A DNA stretch of 63,589 nucleotides, filler included, from Octopus bimaculoides (Eukaryota), in NCBI RefSeq assembly GCF_001194135.2. It is 8 parts of 7 records of this genome, joined end to end, with 100 filler letters (N's around TTAATTAATTAA, not from the genome) between each part and the next. Parts side by side here need not be neighbours in the genome. Positions count along the whole stretch, not along the records: positions 1 to 4,284 come from NC_069005.1; positions 4,385 to 11,142 come from NC_068999.1; positions 11,243 to 15,904 come from NC_068982.1; 5 more parts are not named here. One strand, given 5' to 3'. Below are positions 1 through 12,683 of the stretch, piece after piece. The position numbers and the translations under genes were made by a program. The notes below the pieces were generated by a model. It was not told the DNA's origin, ran no database searches, and saw only the letters and a program-made list of their open reading frames with translations. Within the stretch, counting starts at the first letter, position 1. Every line of letters starts with the position of its first letter.

Positions 1-62
<62 letters not shown>

Positions 63-180
63 ATTATATTTATACATATGTGTGTATACATACTTTGTAT
101 TCGTGTTAATGTTGAATGAGTGTATATGTGTATACAATCTATTTTGAGTAAAACAATGCCTTTGAACTCAGAGTCGACAC

Positions 181-2720
181 TCAACTCCGAGTGTTGTTGC
201 CACCGCCACAGTCTGTCTCTTTAGAAACGGACGAGGATAAATCTACTTTACCAATGTTATTAGTGTTTCGAGAGTTCCGAGAAGATTTTCTCTTGAAATA
301 GCTGCTCTTCTTTTCCAACTCACCTGTACCGAAGGACAGCGAGTCATCATAATCGTCGTAAACATCATCCTCATCATTGTCATCACCATCATCATCACCA
401 TCACCATCACCATCATCGTCATCGTCGTCGTCATCATCTTCGTGGTCGTCTGAGTTTATTAATCCCTGCGCCAGATTTGTTTCGATCACGCTTTCCCTGT
501 GACCGATTTTTTTAAATGTGAATTTGAGGTCGGAGTTGTTAGCGTCGTCGTCATCGTCGTCGTCGTCGTCAATATCCTCGACATTGCTGTCATCGTTATC
601 AACATCGATGGCGTCGTCATCGTCGTCTTCATCGTCATTGACATACACATTGCCGGTGATGCCAATATCCTCAATGTTGTTGTCATTGTTATTTACAGTT
701 TTCATTTCAACATCAACATCATCATCATCATCATAATCGTTATGATCGCCGCCATTATTGTCAACGATGTTGTCATCGTCATCGTCCGTCTCGAGGTCAT
801 TCATCTTGTTTTTGCTGTTCTGCTTTTTCTTCCTCTTCATCATGTTCTCTCTTTTCTTTTTGTTGACGATGGCATCAAACTCTTCTTCTTCGTCGTCATC
901 GTCATCATCGTCGTCATCGTCGTCGTCATCATTGCAGATCCTGAAAACACCATCTTTCCCACTCTTACCATCACCAACCACACAGGCAGAATCAATGCGA
1001 CGGGTGAGGACGTCATCGTCCTCGTCATCGTCGTCATCATTATCAGCTTCAACACCTTCGTCGTTATCATCATTAATATCAACAACATCATCATCGTTAT
1101 CGTTCCCACTGTGGGCCAGCTGTGGTGGTGGTGGTGGTGGTGATTGTGGTGGTAATAAATGCTGCTTCAAGTTGTCTACCGGTGATGAGGGGTTCAAATT
1201 AATCTTATGCCTCTTGTCGCGGACCATGCTCACTAAACTGATATCATCATCATCGTCGTCATCGTCATCAATGTCATCATCGATGCCATCACCGCCGTCA
1301 ATAACATTGTCATCGTCGTCATCACCATAAGCGTCAGCACTATAATCTTGACGATGACCATCACGGTCAGGATCATTAAGGACAGCATCCTCATCTTCAT
1401 CGTCTCCGACAACACTACCATCAACATTATCACGATCATCATCATCATCATCAACACCATCGTTAATATTCTGACCATCATTGTCATCCCCACCACCATC
1501 ACCACCACCACCACCACCATGACCATCACTTCCAACATCATCAACATCAACATCATCGACTTGGTCCTCTCGGTCAGAGGTGTCTCTATGGCCATTGCTT
1601 TTATTTTCAGACTCTTTGAAGTCGTAGCTTGTTATTGTAGGGGATGTCTCGTTCTCTAAGTCCTTAGTCTTCAGATCTTTGTGTGATGTTGGCAATACCA
1701 GGTCACCGTCACCTTCATGGACCTCAGTTTCCATAGCAACATCGTCCTCCACATTTGACGTACTTTTGACTTTTGACTTCACTTTCTCCTTGACTCTCTT
1801 CTCGCCGTTAGCACCACCGTCGTTTTCATCGACATCGTCCAACAATGATTCTAAATCACATCCGCTCGACACTCTCCCTTCCTCGTCTTCTTCTTCATCA
1901 TCACCATCATCTATGCCGTCTATGTCATCTTCGTCCTCCGAGCTGGATTTCACATTCAGGTCCTCGTAGGAGACGGCCGTCGACTTCAGGTCGACCATCG
2001 TCACGCCGTGATGGGAGATTAGGTTGTAGAACCGCTCGCAATCCATGGCGAGGAAGTCGGTGAGCTCAACAAATGGATCGAGGTCAACCGGTGACCATTT
2101 GGTGGAGAGACTAGATGGTGGTGATGGCGAAATCTCAATACTGATCACGCGATCAGGGTGCTTTTTCAGGCTGTGCTCGCGCACCTCTTGCTCCTCGACC
2201 GATGAAAACGAGCAGCAGCCGCAGTAGAAGAGGAAGCCCTCGATGTGGCGGCTTATGTGCTCCTCGTACTGGACAATTTGGTTGGTGCTGAACGGACAGT
2301 CCATGCAGGCGACCTTCATGCCGTGTGTGAAGAAGTTGTGTAACGAAGTGTGCTTTGTGAAGCGGTCGATATCATTCGTCTGGAACGAGCAGGCATTGCA
2401 GCAGAATGTCAACGATGAGTACAGGTCTTCGTCTTCTTCCTCGTGGTCGGAACCGTCTAGACTGTTGTCGAACTCTTCATCGTCATCGTAGTCCATTCCG
2501 TATGGTCCTGGGCCAAACTCTTCGAGGCTGCTATCACTTAGCCCATCACTCTCATTGTCACTTCCAATGCTAGTTACATCATTGTTGTTGTTGTTGTTGG
2601 TGTTGGTGTTGGTGGTGGTGGTGGTGGTGTTACTGTTAGTGTTCTTTTTCTTTTTCTTCTTCTTCATCATCATCATCATCATGTTGCTGTTATTTTTACC
2701 AATAGCATTACCGTTGCTGC

Positions 2721-2753
<33 letters not shown>

Positions 2754-3037
2754 CATTGTTATTATTGTTATTCTTGTTATTATTTTTGTTGCTGTTGTTG
2801 TTGATCTTGTCACTCTTGCATGCATCGGTGCCACTGGTCAATGGCTCTTCCTCATTGTTCTCCAGATCTTTGCTCTTCTCTAGAATCTTCAGTTTCCGCT
2901 GCTGCGCCAAAGCTGTGGCCTCCTCTTTGGTAAGCGATGGCACCTTATCGATCGCTCTCTTTGGCGTGCTGGACAGATTGATAATTTTAATCAAAGGCTC
3001 TTTGTGATATTTCCGAATATGAGCTGTCACTCGACAT
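181..3037 (-). CDS. Large coding exon of a C2H2 zinc-finger protein with Asp/Glu-rich low-complexity region; internal or terminal exon, 5' exon(s) not identified
   Basis: Stop-free frame of ~950 codons. Three fingers at 2158-2400: CNAC-x12-HTSLH, CMDC-x12-HISRH, CGCC-x12-HSLKKH. The exon begins with VTAHIRKYH, the end of another finger. Asp runs use mixed GAT/GAC codons. Basic NLS-like patches (KKRKERENMMKRKKKQ-type, KKKKKKK). TGA at 183-181. Confidence 0.85.
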
Positions 3038-3058
3038 CTGAAAGTAGAAAGAGACACA
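3038..3058 (-). promoter_or_regulatory. Splice acceptor of the zinc-finger exon (phase 2)
   Basis: Minus strand reads ttgtgtctctttctactttcag|A TGT CGA GTG ACA GCT CAT: polypyrimidine tract plus CAG, with the coding frame continuing after one base. Confidence 0.75.
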
Positions 3059-3385
3059 ATTTCACTTGGTCAGTTTAATTAACAACTTTCTCCAATTCAC
3101 TCACTCTTTCATTTTCTCTTCCAGCCTTCTCTCTCTCTCTCTCTGTTACATCCCTCTCCCCCCTCATTTATTCCCCGCTTCAACTCTCTCACACTGTCAG
3201 TGCTTCACTTTCTTTCTCTCTCCTTCTCTCTTATATCCCAATAGAACAAGTACCAGGCTTAAAAAAAAAAAAATTAAGTACTGGGATTGATACACACAAC
3301 TAAAAATTCTTCAAGACAGTGCCCCAGCATGGCCACAATCTAATGACTGAAACAGGTAAAGAATAAGAGATAAGTATATGTAACA

Positions 3386-3780
3386 AAGCACAGGCGAGGT
3401 TAGTTTTGGCAGCTGGATGCCCTTCCAAATGCCAACCACTCTATGGTGTGGATTGGATACATTTTAAGTGGCACCTGCACTGGTGACCCTTTCAGTGCAG
3501 GTGCCACCTAAAAAAGCATCCAGTTCACACTATAAAATGGTTGGCATTTTAGATAGGCATCCAGCTGTAAAAACCTTGCCAAGACTGACCTCGCCTGTGC
3601 TTGTGCCACATAAAAAGTACTAAGACCACTCTGCTGAGTGGTTCGTGTTAGGAAGGGCATCCAGCTGTAAAAATCCTGCCAAAACAGTCACAGACGTCTA
3701 GTGTAGGCTTCTGCCTGGTCGGCTCCTGTCAAACTGTTCTACCCATGCAAGCATGGGAGGTGGATGTTTATACGATGTCT
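3386..3780. mobile_element. Non-autonomous repeat with long fold-back 5' part (3386-3602) and an RTE-like 3' end
   Basis: Nested inverted arms: 3386-3437 vs 3539-3602, and a perfect 15-bp stem 3468-3482/3493-3507. The tail acccatgcaagcatgggaggtggatgttta resembles RTE-type 3' ends. Confidence 0.55.
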
Positions 3781-3918
3781 CACATATGTAGTAATTGAAT
3801 TATGAATGCTAAAGGATAAAGGACTGATACCAGTGAAATACTGGGGGTGAAGTAATCGCCTTGCTTTCCCACCAAAACTACAGGCCTTTTGTCAAAATTA
3901 GAATAATTACAGAACTAA

Positions 3919-4134
3919 TACTCCTTTCTACTATAGGCACAAGACCTGAAATTTTGGGGGAGGGGACTAGTCGATTACATCGACCCCAGTGTTTCACTGG
4001 TACTTAATTTATCGATCCTGGAAGGATGAAAGGTAACGTCAACCTCAGCGGAATTTGAACCGAGAACGTGAAGACAGAGGAAATATCGCTAAGCATTTTG
4101 CCTGGTGTGCTAACGATTCTGCCAGCTCACCACC
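3919..4134 (-). mobile_element. tRNA-derived SINE, family A
   Basis: Reverse complement gives GAGCTGGCAGAATCGTTAGCAC head (A box), GTTCAAATTCC B box, CCTTTCATCCTT..GATAAATTAAGTACCAG core and an ATT-type tail. The same sequence recurs more than 10 times in the window. Confidence 0.85.
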
Positions 4135-4328
4135 CTAATTACAGAACTGATATTGGTTTCAAATTCTGGCACAAGGCCAGCAATTTTTTGGGAGGTGGGT
4201 AAGTAACTTCGGCCCCAATATTCAAGTCGGTTTAGCTAAGGCAGCGAGGTGGCACAATCGTCAGCACGCCGAACAAAATGCTTCNNNNNNNNNNNNNNNN
4301 NNNNNNNNNNNNNNNNNNNNNNNNNNNN

Positions 4329-4340
4329 TTAATTAATTAA
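4329..4340. other. Assembly gap spacer TTAATTAATTAA (artefact); also at 11187, 15949, 18563, 45609, 48514 and 58697
   Basis: The same 12-mer always sits in the centre of a 44N+12+44N = 100-bp gap and gives stops in all six frames. Confidence 0.95.
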
Positions 4341-4384
4341 NNNNNNNNNNNNNNNNNNNNNNNNNNNNNNNNNNNNNNNNNNNN

Positions 4385-4680
4385 CCTGCAGAAATCTCCA
4401 ATTGTCTTCCACGTTGTATGATGCTATATCCCCTTCTATTTCGTTAAATGCTTCAAGTAACTTCTCTCTAAGTCTCTGTCCATTTGCAGGGTCTTTAAGC
4501 TTCCACACCCTTCTCCTCCAAGCCGGTCTAATTCTGGGCACCCATTTTGCCTTGATCCCAAAGTCGCTAACTACTAATCTATGTTGTGGGGTGCATTCTT
4601 CGCCAGGGTATGTTTTGGCATTTATAAGCCGCCCTCTTTCCCTATTTCTGGTGCTGATAATTGGCTGGTATGTATGGTAC
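4385..4680 (-). pseudogene. RTE-clade LINE fragment: end of APE endonuclease and linker
   Basis: Minus strand translates to RERGRLINAKTYPGEECTPQHRLVVSDFGIKAKWVPRIRPAWRRRVWKLKDPA..EDNWRFL, matching the RTE KxxPGEEC..QHRLVV motif. Confidence 0.75.
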
Positions 4681-4689
4681 TGCTGTGAG

Positions 4690-5800
4690 AAGGTACCTCT
4701 TAGTTAAGTACTGTTGTTGTGGATGGCAACTCATGACTTTGCCAATTGTAGATGGGATCATGCACATGGCAGGGAACAGTTCTGAGGATTGGCTGTTTAC
4801 TTTGCCCACCAGACATACACCACCGTGCATAACTGCAATACAGCCACTGGAAACATGTCTGAAACTGGCTGCTTTTAGAATTGCTTCCATGTAGCAATGG
4901 TCGACTTTATTGGAGGCTTTCAAATGACCAAAATTAATCAGGGCCCTTTCAACACCCAATTTGTACTCATTCCCTTTGCAGTGTATTGCATGAGGTGGAG
5001 CTTGTCATAGATGAATTTTTTGGGGATCTCACATGTTTGTGCTTCTCCAGCCAACTCACCTATGCAAGCACAAACTTCTTTGCTAACATCTTGGCTAAAA
5101 TTGAAGCTCTGCATTTAGTCAGGTTATGGACTGAAAATTGCCTATAATATCCCCACCCACTTCGTTGGCATCTTTTCTCAGCAACATTGACACACACCAG
5201 GCTCAACGAATTATGAATTTAGCCACCACCTTTGATAGACATTTGCCAAAAGGTTGCTAAACCGATCTGGCATAAAACCATAAAATTCATAGGTAGACCA
5301 TCAAAACTAAGCAATTTGTCCCTTGCCCAACCATTCGATACTTCCCTTATCTCAGATGCCTCTTCTGTTCTGTGTTGTGGCAGGCCATCAACGTAGGCAA
5401 TAAAGCCCATAATCCTCTTGCATCTATTCCTTACTCTGAACTGTTTATCAAAGTGCAGCTGGAACAGTATAGGATGCATCCATCCAGATCCATCAAAGAC
5501 TAAATAGAGATATTGGTGCCACATCATGCCTCCTCAACCCAAGCCAATCAAACAGATTTCATTCCTTATTGCTTTAACACAGGCTCTAGCTCTGACAATG
5601 CAGCTTTCACATTAAAGAAATAGTCAAGGACCATTTTTGTTGCTAGCACGCTGGTTGCAATGCTGTTTTTAATATTCTCCTCTAGTTTAATAATTAACTC
5701 CCTATGTATTTCTCTCTATCACTAGTTCTTTTCAAAATACTATTTGCACGTATTTAATTTCCCTCTTCAAGGCTAGTTATGTGGCCTTAAAGTTGAGAGA
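4690..5800 (-). pseudogene. Degenerate Tx1/L1-clade LINE ORF2 (linker plus RT N-terminal half)
   Basis: Collinear degenerate motifs: ALKREIK..KELVIERN, EASEIREVSNGWARDKLLSFDGLP (cf. KSPGxDGLP), NFQSIT*LNAEL..LAKML (cf. NFRPITLLN..KILAK), KASNKVDHCYMEAILKAA (cf. KAFDRVDH). Many stops and frameshifts. Confidence 0.7.
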
Positions 5801-6177
5801 GGGTCCAGCCAACTAAATCACACCCAGTTCTTTGCTGGGACCTGTCTTAGCTACACCAGAAAACCGGACAACTGTTGTACTTGAACTCATGGAAACCATT
5901 CTGTCTGATAGTCTGTCATTTCCACTAATAGAGTGAAACTGATAATAAATAAGTTATCAGAAACATTTTCCTCTGATTACATACAATTTTTTAAATGATG
6001 ATGATTACTTGCTGAAGAACCAACAATCACCATTAAGAAAGTAAAAATATTAGAGACGAACTCAATTTCGTTAGATACCCTGCTAATCAACGATGATCGT
6101 TTCATAGAAATATAATTAACTTGTTTTGTTTTTTTATTTATTTATTTTTTATTTATTTCCTTCATTGGGTTCTTTCC

Positions 6178-6209
<32 letters not shown>

Positions 6210-6319
6210 TAATAGTAAATACCATTTATTATTAGTATTTAGTTTTACTACATTTTTGTGCATTTCAATGCTAGCATTTGAGTATTAAGGTATGAAAATA
6301 TGAACACATACTGTTGCCT

Positions 6320-6660
6320 ATCTATTCTTTTAACACACATACACATATATGTGAGTGTGTGTGTGTGTTATGTGTGTATGATATGTGTGTGTGTATGTGT
6401 GTGTGTACTTGTGTATGTATCTATATATGTATGTGTGTATGTATATATGCATATGTGAGTGCATATATGTATGTGTATATGTTTGTGTGTATGTACATAT
6501 AAATGTAGGGATAGATGGATGCACACACACACACACACACACACACGTGCACACTTATACACACATATATATGCAAATATGTATATGTGTGTTTCTATAT
6601 GTATACACACACACACACACACACACATGCGCATGCATATATATCCACATGTACTTTATA
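6320..6660. repeat. Compound (TG)n/(TA)n/(CA)n microsatellite tract, one of dozens in the window
   Basis: Visible dinucleotide runs. Similar tracts at 10230-10435, 38390-38605, 39140-39380, 48740-49006 and 50210-50815. Confidence 0.95.
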
Positions 6661-6958
6661 CACAAGTAGTGACAGAGTCAGTTCCCTTGTGGTGATTGTT
6701 CCATTATCACATCAAGGAAACTGCCCAAAGGGATTTTTAGATGTTGAAAAGAGAAAGTAAAACTCAAAATATGATAATTTCATTGTACATATCTGACCAT
6801 TTATAGAATTTTATTACTAAATATACCACACACATTTCTATGTAGAAGTAAATAAGATTTGTTTAAAATGTTCATGTTACTAAATGAGGGAGATATAGTA
6901 ATTTCTCTGTTCATATTTATCTACCATTCTAAGAAATTCCCATCATGTAGAAACATGC

Positions 6959-6989
<31 letters not shown>

Positions 6990-7244
6990 TGCACACACAC
7001 ACATGCACATGCACACCTGTATGTGTTTGAGTATATAAAAGTATATATTTAAGCTGTTTGATATATAAAATACGTATTTTTATATATATATAGATATAGA
7101 TATATATACATATGTGTGTATGCATCTGTATGTATGTAACATATATATATTTATATATATAGATATTAAAATATATATGATGTCTATATTATATATGAAC
7201 TTATATAATATGTATATAAGAGAGATATGCTATATAATATGTAA

Positions 7245-8540
<1,296 letters not shown>

Positions 8541-9514
8541 GCATATTATTAGAAGAGAATTATATTGCTCTTCTTTAAAGTACTATAATTCATCTGGAAG
8601 TTAATCCTATTCACAGAATAGGTTTAATTTCATTTTATCTTTACTATAACACACAGACAATTACTTCAAAGGAGAGATATTCACTTCATTGAAAAAAACC
8701 TCAGTGTATTACTGGTGCTAATATATTGCTGAAATTAAAAAATAAAACTAGAACAAGTTTTCTAAGACATTATATTTCTGATGTGAAAATATGAAGAAAA
8801 GCAATTGAAAAATATTGGACATAATTGGCAGAAAAGAGCCTTGTGTCCAAGATGTTTCTCTCTATAACATCATTGAGTGATTGATTTACAAAATACGTCA
8901 TGCAGAACTAGAAATGCCATACGTTTAGATCTAGGAAAACATATAAAACCAATTCTGTCATGCCTGATTTTATACTTTGTAGTTTGGTGAGAAATGAAAA
9001 TTCTTGGCATGAGTAGAAAACAAGAATGGTCGTAATGGTAATATCAGAGATTGGTGTGGCATAGGTTGTTGCAGAAAGTCCATTATCAAAGATAACCGTC
9101 TGACCATGAACAGCCTGTTCTTTTGCCACACATAGTGTATCTAGGACTACATTATTCAATGTGTCATTCCCTTGATTAGCTTTGATGGAGATTTCATTGC
9201 TTTTTGTAGAATCTCAAGTGAGTTTATAGATATATGTGTGCGAAAGAGAGAGAGAGTATATATATATATATATATATGAAAAGGTGAACTTTTATGGCTA
9301 GTTACCTTATTTGTCGCCAAATGTCACCTTTTTTCCAAGCAAAGTTGTATCTCCCCCATGGCCAAACATGTTTTTGCAGGATTTTGGGAATCAATGACTC
9401 TCATCGACATTGCGGTTATCATGCAATGTCAATATAAGGCACACTCTCTCACACACACACGGTTACATACACACACACATGCATACACACCTGCACACAC
9501 ACATATACATATAT

Positions 9515-9640
9515 AGGCATGGCTGTGTGGTAAAATGTTTACTTCCCAATTGCTTAGTTCTGGGTTCAGTCCCATGGCATTGCATCTTGGACAAGTGGGT
9601 CTTCCACTATAGCCTTGGACCAATCAAAGCCTTGTGAATG
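9515..9640 (+). mobile_element. SINE family B, 5' half
   Basis: GGCTGTGTGGTAA A box, GGGTTCAGTCCC B box, CTTGGxCAAG core start. Confidence 0.75.
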
Positions 9641-10341
9641 GATTGGAGGGTAAAAGATGGTTAGAGATGGCTGTCAAATAATATGAAACCATTATTCTAT
9701 GCTAATTTAGTTAATTTTGTCAAGGTCCCTTTTCAGTTTGTAAGATAGAAAGTTGGTATTTAATAATTAACTCTCAAACCTATTCACTTTTAGTGCACAA
9801 AATTACATGTAATTTGAACAGTAGTTGTGTTATGCCAAGTTTAAGCTAGCTTCAATAAATACAGGAGGGTTTCTGATTAATAAACATCCTACAACACTGA
9901 TTCCTATAATGATTAGCAAATAGTGCAAAGTTAGTTGCATTACAGCAACTCTACTCATGAAGACTACCATTGTGCACTGGACGCATCACCATTCCTGCCT
10001 GAAATGGAACATTGTGTCCAAGAGAACTTAATATATATAGAATTTGATGTATGTAAACTTGACTTATTTTACTCGTGTCAAACACTTTAAGATATCATTC
10101 CTTTTCTATGTAGAGAAATTTCAAATATTGCTTGTTTCAGAGTTCTTTGCTCTTATTAACACTCTCTAAAATAATATTTGAGTTGCATCTTTGAAATATT
10201 TGTCAATATTACTCACACTCACAAACAGACACACACACACGTGTGTGTATATATATATTTGTATATGTACAAACATATATATACATACACATACAAATAT
10301 ATATATATTTCTACAACATGCATAAGCATATATAAATATAC

Positions 10342-10417
<76 letters not shown>

Positions 10418-10867
10418 GCACACACACATACACATTAATGAAGAAAAATATAGAGGCACACAGTAAAATTTTTTTTTCCTAGCTGCCATAACTAATTTAT
10501 ATTTCTGAGCAAAACACTTTCTTTCAGTCAATGAAAAGTATTTGGTTCACAAAATTTGCTAAGAGTTATACATTTGTTGACTTCTTTTCTGTATTTTTTT
10601 GCTAAACACTTTGGAAAATTTTACTTCAAAATTTTGCTGACTCATTTAATAACAGTTAACTCTTTCCATTTTATGTATTGTTTGCTTTGTGAGTGAATAA
10701 AAGAAAACTATGCATATATACACATTTGTATACATACATACATACATACATACAACACACACACACGGACATGCCCACCCACACATGCATGCACACAAAC
10801 ACGCACACACACCTACACACACAACACACACACACACACACTTATATACATATATAGTATATCACGT

Positions 10868-11015
10868 TTGGCTGTGTGGTAAGAAGCTTCCTTCCCAACC
10901 ACAAGGCTTACTCCTACTGTATCATACCTTGGGCAAATATTTTCTACTCTAGCCTTGATCCAACCAAAAGCATTGTAAGTGGATTTGATAGAGAGAAACT
11001 GAAAGAAGCCCATTG
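10868..11015 (+). mobile_element. SINE family B, 5' half running into a long (TA)/(TG) tract and a gap
   Basis: ggctgtgtggtaagaagcttccttcccaaccac ... gaaactgaaagaagccc followed directly by the microsatellite. Confidence 0.8.
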
Positions 11016-11075
11016 TATATATATATATATACATGTATATATATATATATATATATGTGTGTGTATATATATATA

Positions 11076-11142
<67 letters not shown>

Positions 11143-11675
11143 NNNNNNNNNNNNNNNNNNNNNNNNNNNNNNNNNNNNNNNNNNNNTTAATTAATTAANN
11201 NNNNNNNNNNNNNNNNNNNNNNNNNNNNNNNNNNNNNNNNNNATATATATATATATATATGGCCGTTCGCAAAAGGCGTTAAGAAATACAAATTATACTC
11301 CGAAAGCTTTTCAAAGCATGCGTAGACGTAAATTTTTGAAATGGCCCAAAGCAAGCATTCAGAAAATTTTATAACCAGAGAAGTCTCTCCTACAATAACT
11401 CGCTGATCATTTAGTTATGGTTAAATAAACCAACAATAAAATCGGATCCAATATTATAAAGTAGAAACGATAAAAATAATGTTGAACAGTCAGCACTGCA
11501 TGCGTAGTGCTGACGAATGGTTTTAAACTTAATGAGCAAAACAAATTAAAAGGCTAAAGACGGTTCTTTGATATGAGCTTAAACATGATCGCTAAAACAA
11601 ACTTCAGAATTAACAAAATGAATTCCACATTTGCATACGAGAATGCTCTTACTTATATGTATGTGTGTATATGAA

Positions 11676-11714
<39 letters not shown>

Positions 11715-11919
11715 AACTATAATATATACTCATACATATATGTATTTATTATAAACATGAACATGCATGTGTATGTGCGCGCGCGCGCGAGTGAGTGTTT
11801 GTGTGTGCCTGGTAGGGGCTGCATCTCCTGAGACAGTAGTTGAAGCGTCAATGATTTTTTGCAAACAACTCGCACATGCAAGTGCTGCCAGTCGAGAACT
11901 CCGCCTAGCGGAAGCCAGC

Positions 11920-12330
11920 AAGTCTATGGGGTCATCAGGAGAGAATGCCCGCCGTTTCGGGGCCTACCTCTCGACGGCATCAATGCATCAAGAGCTCGAC
12001 ATACCTTCTTTTCAAACTCTTTATATTTCCCTTTCTCATTAGCAGCAGGCCACAAAACCTTCGGTCTCCTCCAAGTACTATCTGATGCACCAGTCTCATG
12101 GCCTGCAGTTTCCTGACGGCAAGAGGTCTTTGCTGTAGCATTTATCGTTCCGCTGTGGTTTGAGTCCGGGGATGATTTGCCACGTGTTTTACGATCAGAT
12201 GATCTACACTGCTCTGTCTTCTTCTCACAAGTCTTTCCCTGATGTATCTTCAAGTCTCTATTTAGAGCCTGGCGGTGTCCATCCTTCTTCAGGTTCGATC
12301 ACAGCCGATTTTTATTTTGAAACCGCGCTC
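11920..12330 (-). pseudogene. HERO-like (R2-group) non-LTR retrotransposon fragment, N-terminal ORF part
   Basis: LKIHQGKTC (end of an N-terminal zinc finger), DSNHS, and RRPKVLWPAANEKGKYKEFEKKVC, resembling the R(I/V)xWP(K/A)AN motif recalled from HERO ORFs. Confidence 0.45.
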
Positions 12331-12650
12331 GAGAGACGGACAGGTGAATTAATGCAGTCTCTACTCCTATACTGGAATGGGAATTTCTTTATCTAAATCG
12401 AAAAGATGAAAGGCAAATTTGACTTCGGCGGCATTTTGAACTCAGAGCGCAGGCAGTTGGAGCTTTAACTACCCTACCACATCAAAGCTTTATATTTATA
12501 TATTCATACATACATACATACATACATACATACATGCATACGTACACATGTATTAAAGTATGTATTTGTATTTGTATGTCTGTATATATGTACGCTTGCT
12601 GGAATGTACGTTTTGTACGAGATAACAGATGCTGTTACTATATATATACA

Positions 12651-12683
<33 letters not shown>

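Noticed and set aside
243-3007. Many overlapping ORFs on + and in other - frames (poly-Ser, Ile/Val, Met/Thr, Leu)
   Set aside because: Shadows of GAT/GAC/AAT codon repeats of the real exon; no domains.
3055-3057. GTG start of the 958-aa ORF
   Set aside because: It falls in the polypyrimidine tract of a splice acceptor; the first 7 codons are intronic.
4329-4340. Recurrent TTAATTAATTAA as a biological motif
   Set aside because: Always centred in a 100-bp N gap; an assembly spacer.
6314-6760. ORFs of CV/HT/YI/RE dipeptides here and across the window
   Set aside because: Translations of dinucleotide microsatellites.
9306-9430. Donor AAG|GTAAC with a phase-2 open frame, as the missing ZnF exon
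   Set aside because: No CxxC, and the sequence resembles the RTE-type repeat tail (ggccatggggga..ttggcgaca..) rather than host coding DNA.
11932-11960. CUGAUGA plus GAAAC as a hammerhead ribozyme; likewise ctgatgag at 40714 and ctgatga on - near 13635
   Set aside because: Stem II cannot form (no G10.1-C11.1 pair or complementary arms); the core words alone are insufficient.
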